Shown: positions 1-8,814 of the stretch, piece by piece
Layout of the letters: every line of letters begins with the position of its first letter
Numbering within the stretch: position 1 is the first letter of the stretch
NCBI RefSeq assembly: GCF_009557235.1
Contig: NZ_CP045650.1
Coordinates: 120,001 to 152,000 of the forward strand
Origin: Acinetobacter wanghuae
Lineage (GTDB): Bacteria > Pseudomonadota > Gammaproteobacteria > Pseudomonadales > Moraxellaceae
Direction: 5' to 3'
Length of the DNA stretch: 32,000 nucleotides
The notes under the pieces: generated by a model
Told to the model about the DNA's origin: nothing
Databases searched by the model: none
What the model saw: only the letters and a program-made list of their open reading frames with translations
Translations under genes and position numbers: made by a program

Positions 1-701
1 GTGATATATGCCAAAGGCCATAATAAATATAATTTCGGATGACCTGCTGCCTTTAATGCAGAAAATAAAACTGCATTGGTCAACAGCATTCCTGCGCTGT
101 TTTTAACCAAGTTCTTTGCCAAATCCAAATGGCTGCGCTCATCTTTTGGAATCGGTTTTGGATCATTAGAGACACTCCATTCTAATAGTTCCAAATCCAT
201 TAGCACGCGACCAAATAAAAACTTAATTCCCGATTGCCCTGTTAAGTCACGTAAAAATTTACGATATAAAGAGCTGGGTGTAATTGGAAAGTTTTTGACT
301 AGTCCTAAATCAGGATCATCTGCTTGTGAAGTACGAGCATGGTGTTTTAAATGATAAGGTCGATAATGCCCAACATCATTCCAAATGGGGCGGGCACAGA
401 GCCAATCGGTTAAATGCGTATTCAGCCATTTACTTTTAAACAAACTATGGTGTGCTGCATCGTGCATTAAAATGGCTAAAGCCAATTGCCGACCTGCTAA
501 AATTGCTAAAGCCACTGCACACATGAGTAATTTTCCCCACCACGGTAAATACTGCCAACTATAGGCAACCGTACCAAAGGTCATGCCAATCACTGCCCAC
601 GTCGAAGCGACAGACCATGCGCCATGTAAATCGGATGCTGTGGTCAGCTCGCGAATTTCCTCACGGCTAAACAGTTCAGTGACACTGACTTTGCTATTCA
701 T
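1..701 (-). CDS. Membrane fatty-acid desaturase, N-terminal part (C-terminus lies beyond the window start)
   Basis: My own reverse-strand translation from ATG (complement of 699-701) reads MNSKVSVTELFSREEIRELTT...LMHDAAHHSLFKSKW...YRPYHLKHHARTSQADDPDL. It has hydrophobic segments plus the HDxxHH and HxxHH histidine boxes typical of membrane desaturases. It is open to position 1. It is absent from the ORF track because it runs off the edge. Confidence 0.75.
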   Translation of the reverse strand, partial: MNSKVSVTELFSREEIRELTTASDLHGAWSVASTWAVIGMTFGTVAYSWQYLPWWGKLLMCAVALAILAGRQLALAILMHDAAHHSLFKSKWLNTHLTDWLCARPIWNDVGHYRPYHLKHHARTSQADDPDLGLVKNFPITPSSLYRKFLRDLTGQSGIKFLFGRVLMDLELLEWSVSNDPKPIPKDERSHLDLAKNLVKNSAGMLLTNAVLFSALKAAGHPKLYLLWPLAYI

Positions 702-854
702 TGTTATTATCCATTATTTACTTTTATCAGTTTAGATTAGCAGAGAACTGTGGCAAACCGATTGGCTTGAATTTAAAGATTTACAAAAAAGCTAAAACCT
801 GTAGGTCTATTTCAACGACATAAAATTATCTAAAAATATGAGGTTAAAGTATAT

Positions 855-884
855 AAAAAAGGAAGCCAAAGCTTCCTATTTTAT
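855..884 (-). terminator. Rho-independent terminator downstream of the 895-1518 gene
   Basis: GGAAGC (861-866) and GCTTCC (871-876) form a stem with a 4-nt loop. An A-run at 855-860 gives a U-tract on the minus strand. Confidence 0.5.
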
Positions 885-894
885 TGGGTATTCA

Positions 895-1518
895 TTAATA
901 ACCGACAGTAAAACGCTGTTGAATATGATTGTTATGTTCTAACTCATCGGCAAGTGCAACGGCAAAGTCTTCGGCAGAAATTTTACTGCCATCTGAACCA
1001 ACTAGGAGTTCATCTTTACCTGTACGGAATTCACCTGTGCGTTTACCTGGTGCAAATTCAGCAGAAGGGGAGATAAACGTCCAGTCCACATCATCCGCCT
1101 GTTTCAAGCTTTCTAAAAATTGCACACCTGCTTCGGCTTCAAGCTTATATTCTTCAGGAAAATCTTCACTGTCTAAGACACGAACATTTTGATTCGGTAA
1201 ATTTAAACTTCCAGCACCGCCCACGACAATATAACGCTTTACTTTAGACTCACGTATTGCCTGAATAAGACCATTGGCATTTAAACCTTGGAAACGTACC
1301 GAACTGACCACGGCATCTTGACCTTTCAGTTCTGTAACTAAAGCTTCTTGGTCATTTAAGTCTAGATCGACGGTGAGAACACGCTCAGTGTCTGCTAATT
1401 TATGTGTATTACGCGCAATTGCTTTGACGTAATGACCACGGGAAACCAGTTCCTCTAAAATACGTGAACCTGCCATTCCTGTTGCACCAATTAAAGCAAT
1501 TTTCATCATAACCCTCAT
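895..1518 (-). CDS. NAD(P)H-binding atypical SDR / NmrA-like (YwnB, BVR-B-type flavin reductase-like) oxidoreductase
   Basis: N-terminal Rossmann motif MKIALIGATGMAGSRI. The length (about 205 aa) and overall sequence resemble NAD(P)H-binding domain proteins. The true start is probably ATG at 1509 or 1506 (MMKIAL), just after a GAGGG Shine-Dalgarno sequence. Confidence 0.8.
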   Translation of the reverse strand: MRVMMKIALIGATGMAGSRILEELVSRGHYVKAIARNTHKLADTERVLTVDLDLNDQEALVTELKGQDAVVSSVRFQGLNANGLIQAIRESKVKRYIVVGGAGSLNLPNQNVRVLDSEDFPEEYKLEAEAGVQFLESLKQADDVDWTFISPSAEFAPGKRTGEFRTGKDELLVGSDGSKISAEDFAVALADELEHNNHIQQRFTVGY

Positions 1519-1829
1519 TTACTAATTCATCTCGTCAGGTTCAATTGCGAATACTGGACGGATGAGTATATTTATAAAATTTCATTAAATACTTTAGAGC
1601 TTATTGGGGCTTTGCACTGTTAGCTTTTTATAGTCCTATTGAGAGCCAATCAGAATAGGTGTGTACGAAATATTTTACGGATCTTGGGTTTATGTAAATT
1701 AAGCTTGGTTTATTTTGAGCGAGCTGCGATGTTCTTTACACACAATGAACCCAAATATAGAAAGCAGCCTATTGCTATTTTTTATATGTATAATATTTTT
1801 GAATAAATAATAAACACAATAGGATAACT

Positions 1830-2195
1830 ATGGATGTATTAACGCGTTTTATCATTGAAGTGGTGATTGCACTTGGGGTAAGTGGGATTACAGCTTATGT
1901 GATCACGACTGTTTTAAGAGACTTATTGGTCGATTTATGTGGCGATTTGACCCGAGCTAGATTTTGGGCACGCTTTACCATCATTATGTTGTTTTTAACG
2001 CCACTCATGTTTGTGATGTTCTTTGGCGTCTCTTTTGATGCCAGTTATGCCGATCATGGTGTAGTGAAACGTGCTTTGGCATTGAGCCTATTTGGGGTGT
2101 TCTGCGCATTTTTATGTATTGCATTTCAAATTTCGAAATTTATCCCAGAGCAAAGCCATGTTCGCTATAAAGAAGATGAGTTATCTCAAAATTAA
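1830..2195 (+). CDS. Hypothetical small membrane protein (about 3 TM helices)
   Basis: 121-aa ORF with three long hydrophobic stretches and a charged C-terminal tail. It is followed by a strong terminator. I recognise no family. Confidence 0.5.
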   Translation: MDVLTRFIIEVVIALGVSGITAYVITTVLRDLLVDLCGDLTRARFWARFTIIMLFLTPLMFVMFFGVSFDASYADHGVVKRALALSLFGVFCAFLCIAFQISKFIPEQSHVRYKEDELSQN

Positions 2196-2226
2196 GTGTG
2201 AAAGGGTTTGGATAAACGCTTAGACA

Positions 2227-2255
2227 TAAAAAAAGCACCCGAAGGTGCTTTTTTC
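2227..2255. terminator. Bidirectional rho-independent terminator shared by the convergent genes 1830-2195 (+) and csp (-)
   Basis: AAAAAAA-AGCACC-cgaa-GGTGCT-TTTTTT. Perfect 6-bp GC-rich stem flanked by an A-run and a T-run. Confidence 0.75.
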
Positions 2256-2270
2256 TAACGCAACTCTAAA

Positions 2271-2480
2271 TTATAGAGCAACGATGTTTACAGCGTTCGG
2301 GCCTTTTTGACCTTCAACAACGCTGAAAGAAACTTGTTGGCCTTCAACCAAAGTTTTGAAGCCAGAACCAGTAATTTCACGGAAATGAGCGAAAACGTCA
2401 GGGCCGCCATCTTGTTGAATGAAGCCAAAACCTTTAGTTTCGTTGAACCATTTCACTGTGCCAGTAACTGTATTAGACAT
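2271..2480 (-). CDS. Cold-shock protein, CspA family
   Basis: 69 aa with RNP1 KGFGFI and RNP2 VFAHF motifs ([33 protein letters not shown]...). Confidence 0.95.
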   Translation of the reverse strand: MSNTVTGTVKWFNETKGFGFIQQDGGPDVFAHFREITGSGFKTLVEGQQVSFSVVEGQKGPNAVNIVAL

Positions 2481-2771
2481 ATCTTAAACCTATAAAAATT
2501 TTAATAATTTTAGCCATGGAAGTGGCTATGGGTAACTTGAAAAAACAACAAGAATTGAAATAAAGATCTGAAAAAACGGAGGATTATAAATAAAACTGCG
2601 GTACTTTAAAGAAGTTTAACTGAACAACACTTTAACACTTTTTTCTAGTTAATTGTATTGTACACCATCTTGAGTATTTTGCTCGATTTAAATCATATTT
2701 ATTACAAATAAAGACATTATTAAAATTATTTTCGCGATTTTAATGGCTTAGCGATCATTGTTAAGTTTTAT

Positions 2772-3020
2772 TTAAGCATTTCGGTCATCTATGAGCTTGG
2801 TCGTAGGCAGATCTAAATCTTGATCACACTTTTTACATGCCAAAGACATACCTAATTTTTCAGATCGGCTGGTTTGGGTTAAAACCCAAGGACGATTTTG
2901 CCACGGTGGATTATGTCGCACATGTTGCGTATGGCCACAGCTCAAAATAGCATACCAATCTTGTTCATGGTCTTGGGCGAAATCGACAATGGCTTGTTGC
3001 ATAGGGGCTTTATCTCTCAT
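2772..3020 (-). CDS. DUF3565-like small Cys/His protein (start uncertain: 3020 or 3002; the ORF-track start at 3092 is unlikely)
   Basis: The core is DWYAILSCGHTQHVRHNPPWQNRPWVLTQ...LACKKCD. It matches my recollection of the DUF3565 signature (CGHxQHVRHxPPWxxRPWV plus a C-terminal CxxC). The hydrophobic N-terminal 24 aa of the long ORF overlap the gshB 5' region and look spurious. Confidence 0.55.
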   Translation of the reverse strand: MRDKAPMQQAIVDFAQDHEQDWYAILSCGHTQHVRHNPPWQNRPWVLTQTSRSEKLGMSLACKKCDQDLDLPTTKLIDDRNA

Positions 3021-3118
3021 CACAAGAATACATACATACTCATGCAAAATCTGAATAACCAAAAGAATAATCTCGGCTATACTCATTGCCAAATTTCATT
3101 TTAAAAGAGCGAAGAGAC

Positions 3119-4069
3119 ATGCGCGTACTTGTTGTGATGGATCCCATCGAAAATGTAAACCTAAAAAAAGATTCATCGATGGCGATGCTTTGGGCAGCAG
3201 CACGTCGTGGGCATGAGTTGGGTTATGCATTACAGCAAGATTTGTATATTGATCAAGGCAAAGCCTTTGGTTTGATCTCGTCACTCAACGTTTTCGAAGA
3301 TTATAACCATTACTATGAACTTGGCGAAAAACAAAAAGAATCGATTGCTGCCTATGACGTGGTGTTGATGCGTAAAGACCCACCGTTCGATATGAACTTT
3401 GTCTACACCACCTATATTTTGGAACAAGCTGAGCGCGAAGGGGCGTGGATTATTAACAAACCGCAAAGCCTACGTGACTGCAATGAAAAACTCTTTGCGA
3501 CTCAATTCCCTGAACTACAAGTGCCGACTTTAGTGACATCTCAAGATTCACTGATTCGTGAATTCATTCAAGAACATGGCGATGTGATTGTAAAACCACT
3601 TGATGGTATGGGCGGTATGGGTATTTTCCGCTTAACCGCAGAGGGTGCCAATATCGGTTCAACGTTAGAAATGCTCACCGAAATGGGTCAACAACCGATT
3701 ATGGCGCAACGTTATATCCCTGAAATTGTCGATGGCGATAAACGAATCTTGATGATTAACGGCGAACCTGTACCGTATTGTTTGGCGCGAATTCCACAAA
3801 ATGGTGAAACACGCGGCAATTTGGCTGCGGGTGGTCGCGGTGAAGCACGTCCTCTCACTGAAAATGATAAGGCGATTGCAGCAAAAGTGGGTCCATTTTT
3901 ACGTGAAAAAGGTTTAGTTTTTGTCGGGCTTGATGTCATTGGCGAATATGTCACTGAAATTAATGTGACCAGTCCAACCTGTATTCGAGAAATTGACAAT
4001 CAATTCGGTACATCCATTGCCGATGATTTATTTGATGTGCTTGAAGCGGGCTTAAAACAGTCCATTTAA
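3119..4069 (+). CDS. gshB: Glutathione synthetase
   Basis: MRVLVVMDPIENVNLKKDSS... with an ATP-grasp C-terminal domain (VIVKPLDGMGGMGIF, RILMINGEP, GNLAAGG, EINVTSPT). I moved the start to ATG 3119, which matches the canonical N-terminus. Confidence 0.9.
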   Translation: MRVLVVMDPIENVNLKKDSSMAMLWAAARRGHELGYALQQDLYIDQGKAFGLISSLNVFEDYNHYYELGEKQKESIAAYDVVLMRKDPPFDMNFVYTTYILEQAEREGAWIINKPQSLRDCNEKLFATQFPELQVPTLVTSQDSLIREFIQEHGDVIVKPLDGMGGMGIFRLTAEGANIGSTLEMLTEMGQQPIMAQRYIPEIVDGDKRILMINGEPVPYCLARIPQNGETRGNLAAGGRGEARPLTENDKAIAAKVGPFLREKGLVFVGLDVIGEYVTEINVTSPTCIREIDNQFGTSIADDLFDVLEAGLKQSI

Positions 4070-4075
4070 CGACAT

Positions 4076-4110
4076 TGGTCAAAAAGTCTCATTCAGAGGC
4101 TTTTTGACCA
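4076..4110 (+). other. Strong 15-bp stem-loop just after the gshB stop (atypical terminator or mRNA-stabilising hairpin)
   Basis: TGGTCAAAAAGTCTC (4076-4090) pairs with GAGGCTTTTTGACCA (4096-4110), with one G.U pair and a 5-nt loop. No U-tract follows on either strand. Confidence 0.4.
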
Positions 4111-4345
4111 AAAAGTATATGTATCGTCTTCACAAAAATGAGAAACATACCTCAATCATGATAAATTGTAGTGAAATATTATGGATTAATAATAAATCTA
4201 GTTTAAACTCGAAATTCGTATGAAAAAAACAATGAAACGCTGAGTGAAAAAAAGTAAATAAACTTTCATGACTATGCGTTTGTGATTACAATTGCAAGCT
4301 TAAATCAGAATTTCCTTTTCCATTTTTGAATTGAAGAATTAGACC

Positions 4346-5443
4346 GTGACCGACGCTCAACAGAAACAGCCTAAACATGTCATGATGATGGCCGCAGGTA
4401 CCGGTGGACACGTATTTCCAGCCCTCGCCGTAGCCAAAGAATTACAGCAACAAGGCATTACCGTCTCTTGGCTGGCGACGCCTGTCGGTATGGAAAACCG
4501 TCTATTAAAAAATCATAATATTCCAATTTACCAAATTGATATTCAAGGCGTACGTGGCAATGGTCTACTGCGTAAATTACTCGCGCCTTTTAAAATTTTA
4601 AAAGCCACTTTTAGTGCTATGAAATATATGAAACAGCTAAATGTTGACGCTGTGGCAGGTTTCGGTGGCTATGTGGCAGGACCGGGTGGCTTGGCAGCGC
4701 GCATTTTGGGTATTCCCGTGATTATTCACGAGCAAAATGCGGTGGCAGGTTTTACCAATACACAATTGTCACGTGTAGCAAAAACCGTGTGTCAGGCATT
4801 TCCAAATACATTCCCTGCAAACGATAAAATAGTGACCACAGGGAATCCTGTGCGTAAAGAAATTACCGATATTTTAAATCCGTCTTGGCGTTATCAAGAG
4901 CGGGAAAAAGCCGCTGAGCCATTACGTGTGTTTATTGTGGGTGGTTCGCTTGGTGCACAAGCATTAAATGAATGTGTACCGGAAGCATTGAAACAATTGA
5001 ATGTGCCACTCAATGTCTATCATCAATCGGGTCAGAAGCATGCAGAAAGTACACGTGCACGTTATGACAATGCACCCGAACATTTAAAGGTTGAAGTGCA
5101 GCCGTTTATTGAAGATATGGCAAAAGCGTATAGCGACGCAGATTTAGTGATTTGCCGTGCAGGTGCGTTAACTGTGACTGAAATTGCAACGGCAGGTGTT
5201 GCAGCGATTTTTGTACCGTTACCAAGTGCAGTTGATGATCATCAAACAGCCAATGCTAAGTTCTTAGCCAATGTGGGTGCTGCAAAAATCTGCCCGCAAG
5301 CTTCGATGACACCAGATAGTTTAAAAGCCTTGTTAGAACCGATGTTGAACCGTCAGCTATTACAAGAAATGGCAGTGAAGGCACGTCAACAGGCGCAACC
5401 CAATGCCACCCAACATGTGGTTCGTTTAATTCAAGAATTGTAA
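4346..5443 (+). CDS. murG: UDP-N-acetylglucosamine--N-acetylmuramyl-(pentapeptide) pyrophosphoryl-undecaprenol GlcNAc transferase
   Basis: MMMAAGTGGHVFPALAVA glycosyltransferase G-loop, 365 aa. GTG start at 4346. Located in dcw context. Confidence 0.93.
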   Translation: MTDAQQKQPKHVMMMAAGTGGHVFPALAVAKELQQQGITVSWLATPVGMENRLLKNHNIPIYQIDIQGVRGNGLLRKLLAPFKILKATFSAMKYMKQLNVDAVAGFGGYVAGPGGLAARILGIPVIIHEQNAVAGFTNTQLSRVAKTVCQAFPNTFPANDKIVTTGNPVRKEITDILNPSWRYQEREKAAEPLRVFIVGGSLGAQALNECVPEALKQLNVPLNVYHQSGQKHAESTRARYDNAPEHLKVEVQPFIEDMAKAYSDADLVICRAGALTVTEIATAGVAAIFVPLPSAVDDHQTANAKFLANVGAAKICPQASMTPDSLKALLEPMLNRQLLQEMAVKARQQAQPNATQHVVRLIQEL

Positions 5444-5455
5444 ACCGAGTAAATT

Positions 5456-6904
5456 ATGTCTCCATCAACACCCGCTGACCAAGCAAAGAAACTCATTAAA
5501 GTGCCAGAAATGCGCCGTATCAAACACATCCATTTTATTGGGATTGGTGGTGCAGGCATGTGTGGTATTGCAGAAGTGTTGAAAAACCAAGGCTACAAAG
5601 TCTCAGGTTCAGACATCAAAGCGTCAAAAACCACGGCTCAGCTTGAAGAAAATGGCATTCAAGTGTATATCGGACATGCACCTGAAAATATTCAAGGCGC
5701 AAATGTCATTGTTGTTTCAACTGCAATTGACAAAGAAAACCCAGAAATTAAAGCCGCGATTGAAACACGTACACCTGTGGTGCGCCGTGCAGAAATGCTC
5801 GGTGAATTAATGCGTTACCGTCATGGTATTGCGGTTGCAGGGACACATGGTAAAACCACAACCACCAGTTTAGTCACCTGTATGTTGGCAGAGGAAAACC
5901 TTGATCCAACCTATGTGATTGGCGGTTTATTGAATCGTACAGGTGTCAATGCTGCGCTTGGTGCGAGTCGTTATATTGTGGCTGAAGCTGATGAGTCAGA
6001 TGCTTCATTCTTGCATTTGCAACCGATGGCAACCATTGTCACCAATATTGATGCAGACCACATGGATACCTATGGCGGTAGCTTTGATGTTCTCAAAGAT
6101 ACTTTCGTGCAGTTCCTACAAAAACTTCCATTCTATGGTTTGGCAGTGATGTGTGGGGATGATGCCAATATTCGCGAGATTATGCCGCGTATTGGTCGTC
6201 CAGTGATTACCTATGGTTTCAACGAAGACAACGACATCCGTGCAGTCGATGTTGAACAAGATGGTATGCGTTCACACTTCACGGTACTACGCAAAGATCG
6301 TGAGCCATTACGTGTCACCATTAATATGCCGGGTGCACATAACATCCTGAACTCATTGGCTGCGATTGGAATTGCCACTGATGAAGGTGTCTCTGATGCT
6401 GCGATTTGCCGTGCATTAGAAGGCTTTAGCGGTGTTGGTCGTCGTTTCCAAGTTCAAGGTCAGTTTGACGTAGAAGGCGGCGATGTAAAACTCGTGGACG
6501 ACTATGGTCACCATCCAAAAGAAGTGGAAGCGACCATTAAAGCTGCGCGTCAAAGCCATCCAGACCGCCGTTTAGTCATGATGTTCCAGCCGCATCGTTT
6601 TAGCCGTACCCGTGACTGCTTCGATGACTTCGTCGATGTTTTGTCTCAAGTTGATCAATTATTACTGCTAGAAGTGTATCCTGCGGGTGAAAAACCAATC
6701 GTTGGTGCGGATAGCCGTTCATTGGCGCGTAGTATTCGTTTGCGTGGTCAAGTGGATCCGATTTTGATTGATCCAGTCGAAGGTAATTTGAGTAACGTCA
6801 TGCAAAATGTGCTACAAGCAAATGACTTGTTATTAACACAAGGCGCGGGTAATGTGGGTGCAATTTCAATCGAACTTGCGCAACATCATCTTTATGTAAA
6901 GTAG
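5456..6904 (+). CDS. murC: UDP-N-acetylmuramate--L-alanine ligase
   Basis: [17 protein letters not shown] and [10 protein letters not shown] Mur-ligase motifs, 482 aa, immediately after murG. Confidence 0.95.
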   Translation: MSPSTPADQAKKLIKVPEMRRIKHIHFIGIGGAGMCGIAEVLKNQGYKVSGSDIKASKTTAQLEENGIQVYIGHAPENIQGANVIVVSTAIDKENPEIKAAIETRTPVVRRAEMLGELMRYRHGIAVAGTHGKTTTTSLVTCMLAEENLDPTYVIGGLLNRTGVNAALGASRYIVAEADESDASFLHLQPMATIVTNIDADHMDTYGGSFDVLKDTFVQFLQKLPFYGLAVMCGDDANIREIMPRIGRPVITYGFNEDNDIRAVDVEQDGMRSHFTVLRKDREPLRVTINMPGAHNILNSLAAIGIATDEGVSDAAICRALEGFSGVGRRFQVQGQFDVEGGDVKLVDDYGHHPKEVEATIKAARQSHPDRRLVMMFQPHRFSRTRDCFDDFVDVLSQVDQLLLLEVYPAGEKPIVGADSRSLARSIRLRGQVDPILIDPVEGNLSNVMQNVLQANDLLLTQGAGNVGAISIELAQHHLYVK

Positions 6905-6960
6905 TCACCTCGTGTGATTGAATTGATTGACCAGATTTAAAAAAGTTTAAGGATATAAAC

Positions 6961-7890
6961 GTGTCAAATGCTTCAAAATTCGGAAAAGTTGCCGTGTTGC
7001 TTGGTGGTAAATCTGCAGAGCGAGGGGTTTCTCTAGACAGTGGTACGGCCGTACTTGAGGCATTGCTACGTTCAGGCGTCAACGCGGAGGCATTCGATCC
7101 GCAAGAACGCAGTATTACTGAGCTGGTTGGCTATGACCGTGCCTTTATCGTATTGCATGGTCGTGGCGGTGAAGATGGTCAAATCCAAGGTGCACTTGAA
7201 TGGCTAGAGTTGCCATATACCGGTACAGGTGTTCAAGGCTCTGCCATTGGTATGGATAAAGTCAAAACCAAACAAGTATGGCAAGGTTCAGAATTACCGA
7301 CAGCGCCTTATCGTATTGTTACCAAAGACTCGAATTTGCAAGATGTAGTTGATTCAATCGGTCTGCCATTTATTATTAAGCCAGTACACGAAGGCTCAAG
7401 TATTGGTATGAGCAAAGTCGAAAAAATGGAAGACTTTGCTGAAGCAATTGCGAAAGCAACAGTGCATGATGCGGTCGTCATGGCTGAAAAATGGATCACG
7501 GGGCGTGAGTTTACAGTCGTTATTTTAAATGGCGAGGCACTTCCTGTTATTCGTCTACAACCGCCTGAAGATGTTGCATTCTACGATTACGAAGCTAAAT
7601 ATAACCGTAATGATGTTCAGTATGGTATTCCAGCGGGCTTAACCGCTGAAGAAGAAAAACAGCTGCAAGCGCTTTGCCTACGTGCTTTCCAAGCAGTCGG
7701 TGCAAGTGGTTGGGGGCGTATTGATGCCATGCAAGATGAGCAAGGCAACTTCTGGTTACTAGAAGTCAATACTGTTCCGGGAATGACCAGTCATTCATTG
7801 GTGCCTAAAGCTGCTGCAGCAATTGGTTATAGTTTTGATGAATTGTGCGTTGCAATTCTTGAACAGACCTTAACGGGTGCGACTCACTAA
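6961..7890 (+). CDS. ddl: D-alanine--D-alanine ligase
   Basis: VAVLLGGKSAEREVS-like N-terminus and an ATP-grasp core (KPVHEGSSIGMS, LEVNTVPGMT). GTG start, 7 nt after an AAGGA Shine-Dalgarno sequence. Confidence 0.95.
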   Translation: MSNASKFGKVAVLLGGKSAERGVSLDSGTAVLEALLRSGVNAEAFDPQERSITELVGYDRAFIVLHGRGGEDGQIQGALEWLELPYTGTGVQGSAIGMDKVKTKQVWQGSELPTAPYRIVTKDSNLQDVVDSIGLPFIIKPVHEGSSIGMSKVEKMEDFAEAIAKATVHDAVVMAEKWITGREFTVVILNGEALPVIRLQPPEDVAFYDYEAKYNRNDVQYGIPAGLTAEEEKQLQALCLRAFQAVGASGWGRIDAMQDEQGNFWLLEVNTVPGMTSHSLVPKAAAAIGYSFDELCVAILEQTLTGATH

Positions 7891-7893
7891 ATT

Positions 7894-8748
7894 ATGGCTC
7901 AACTCCCTGCATCCATGCGTCGTAAACGTGCTGCGATTACTTCAATTCACGACAAGCCGCCAACACGTAAAGATAAGCTGACCAATTTTGGGGGTTGGCT
8001 GCTTTTTTGTGTTGCGTTAGTGGTGCTGGCATTTGGTATTTTTGGTTTTTATAAAGTCATGACTGATACCCATGTTGCACAGCTCGATGTGGTTGGTTCT
8101 CGCTCCCAAAAAGAGCAACAGGTGTTGCAGCAACACGTTGCACCTATCATGACCAAAAACTACTTCACCTCAGATTTAAAAGCCATTCGTGATAAAGCCT
8201 TAGAACTGTCATGGGTGGATCGAGTGGTGGTTTCACGCGCTTGGCCAAATGCAATTCGTGTCCGGGTCATGCCGCATCAAGCCATTGCACGTTGGGGAAC
8301 AGGGCGTTTACTCAGTGATAGCGGACAAATTTTCTCTGAAGTCACACCCAAAAATAATCAAGAATTGCCTTTGCTGCATGGTCCTGCGACGCATGCGAAG
8401 ACCATGATGCGTCGCTATAACGAAATTAATCAGTTGTTTTTGCCGCAAGGTATTCGTCTAAAAGAACTGTATTTAACCGAACGCATGACATGGTTTATGC
8501 AGTTTGATTCAGGTTTACGCGTGATTGTTGATCAGGATCAAACCATGAGTAAATTGCAGCGCTTAAGTCATCTTTCCTATAGCGACTTAAAGCCTGTTTG
8601 GTCTAAAATTTCATCAATTGATCTGCGTTATCGAAATGGACTCGCAATTCAATGGAAGAATTCGATACCACCTAAAATTGTAAATGGTCATTTTATTGTA
8701 ACGATTGATGACACTGGCGTTGAGAATAAAGTAGCAGTAAAGCCATAA
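7894..8748 (+). CDS. ftsQ: Cell division protein FtsQ
   Basis: A basic N-terminus, one TM helix (GWLLFCVALVVLAFGIFGFY) and a POTRA/FtsQ-type periplasmic part. It sits between ddl and ftsA. Confidence 0.85.
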   Translation: MAQLPASMRRKRAAITSIHDKPPTRKDKLTNFGGWLLFCVALVVLAFGIFGFYKVMTDTHVAQLDVVGSRSQKEQQVLQQHVAPIMTKNYFTSDLKAIRDKALELSWVDRVVVSRAWPNAIRVRVMPHQAIARWGTGRLLSDSGQIFSEVTPKNNQELPLLHGPATHAKTMMRRYNEINQLFLPQGIRLKELYLTERMTWFMQFDSGLRVIVDQDQTMSKLQRLSHLSYSDLKPVWSKISSIDLRYRNGLAIQWKNSIPPKIVNGHFIVTIDDTGVENKVAVKP

Positions 8749-8814
8749 TGATCGGCTTTAAAAATTAGAGGCATTAAGCCACAACCTAAACACACGTAAT
8801 GGTAGTAGTAGATA

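Noticed and set aside
76-354. 92-aa plus-strand ORF at the window start
   Set aside because: It lies entirely antisense to a clearly recognisable desaturase reading frame with histidine boxes. It has low-complexity Ser/Lys/Phe composition and no Shine-Dalgarno sequence. It is a shadow ORF.
929-1192. 87-aa plus-strand Ser-rich ORF
   Set aside because: It is antisense to the well-supported NAD(P)H-binding oxidoreductase gene, and its Ser/Ala/Pro-rich composition is typical of shadow frames.
3086-3118. N-terminal extension of gshB in the ORF track (MPNFILKERRD)
   Set aside because: The canonical GshB N-terminus (MRVLVVMDP) begins at ATG 3119. The extension overlaps the divergent promoter region.
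4220-4243. Tiny ORF MKKTMKR upstream of murG as a possible leader peptide
   Set aside because: Seven codons in AT-rich DNA is expected by chance. It has no Shine-Dalgarno sequence and no obvious attenuator structure downstream.
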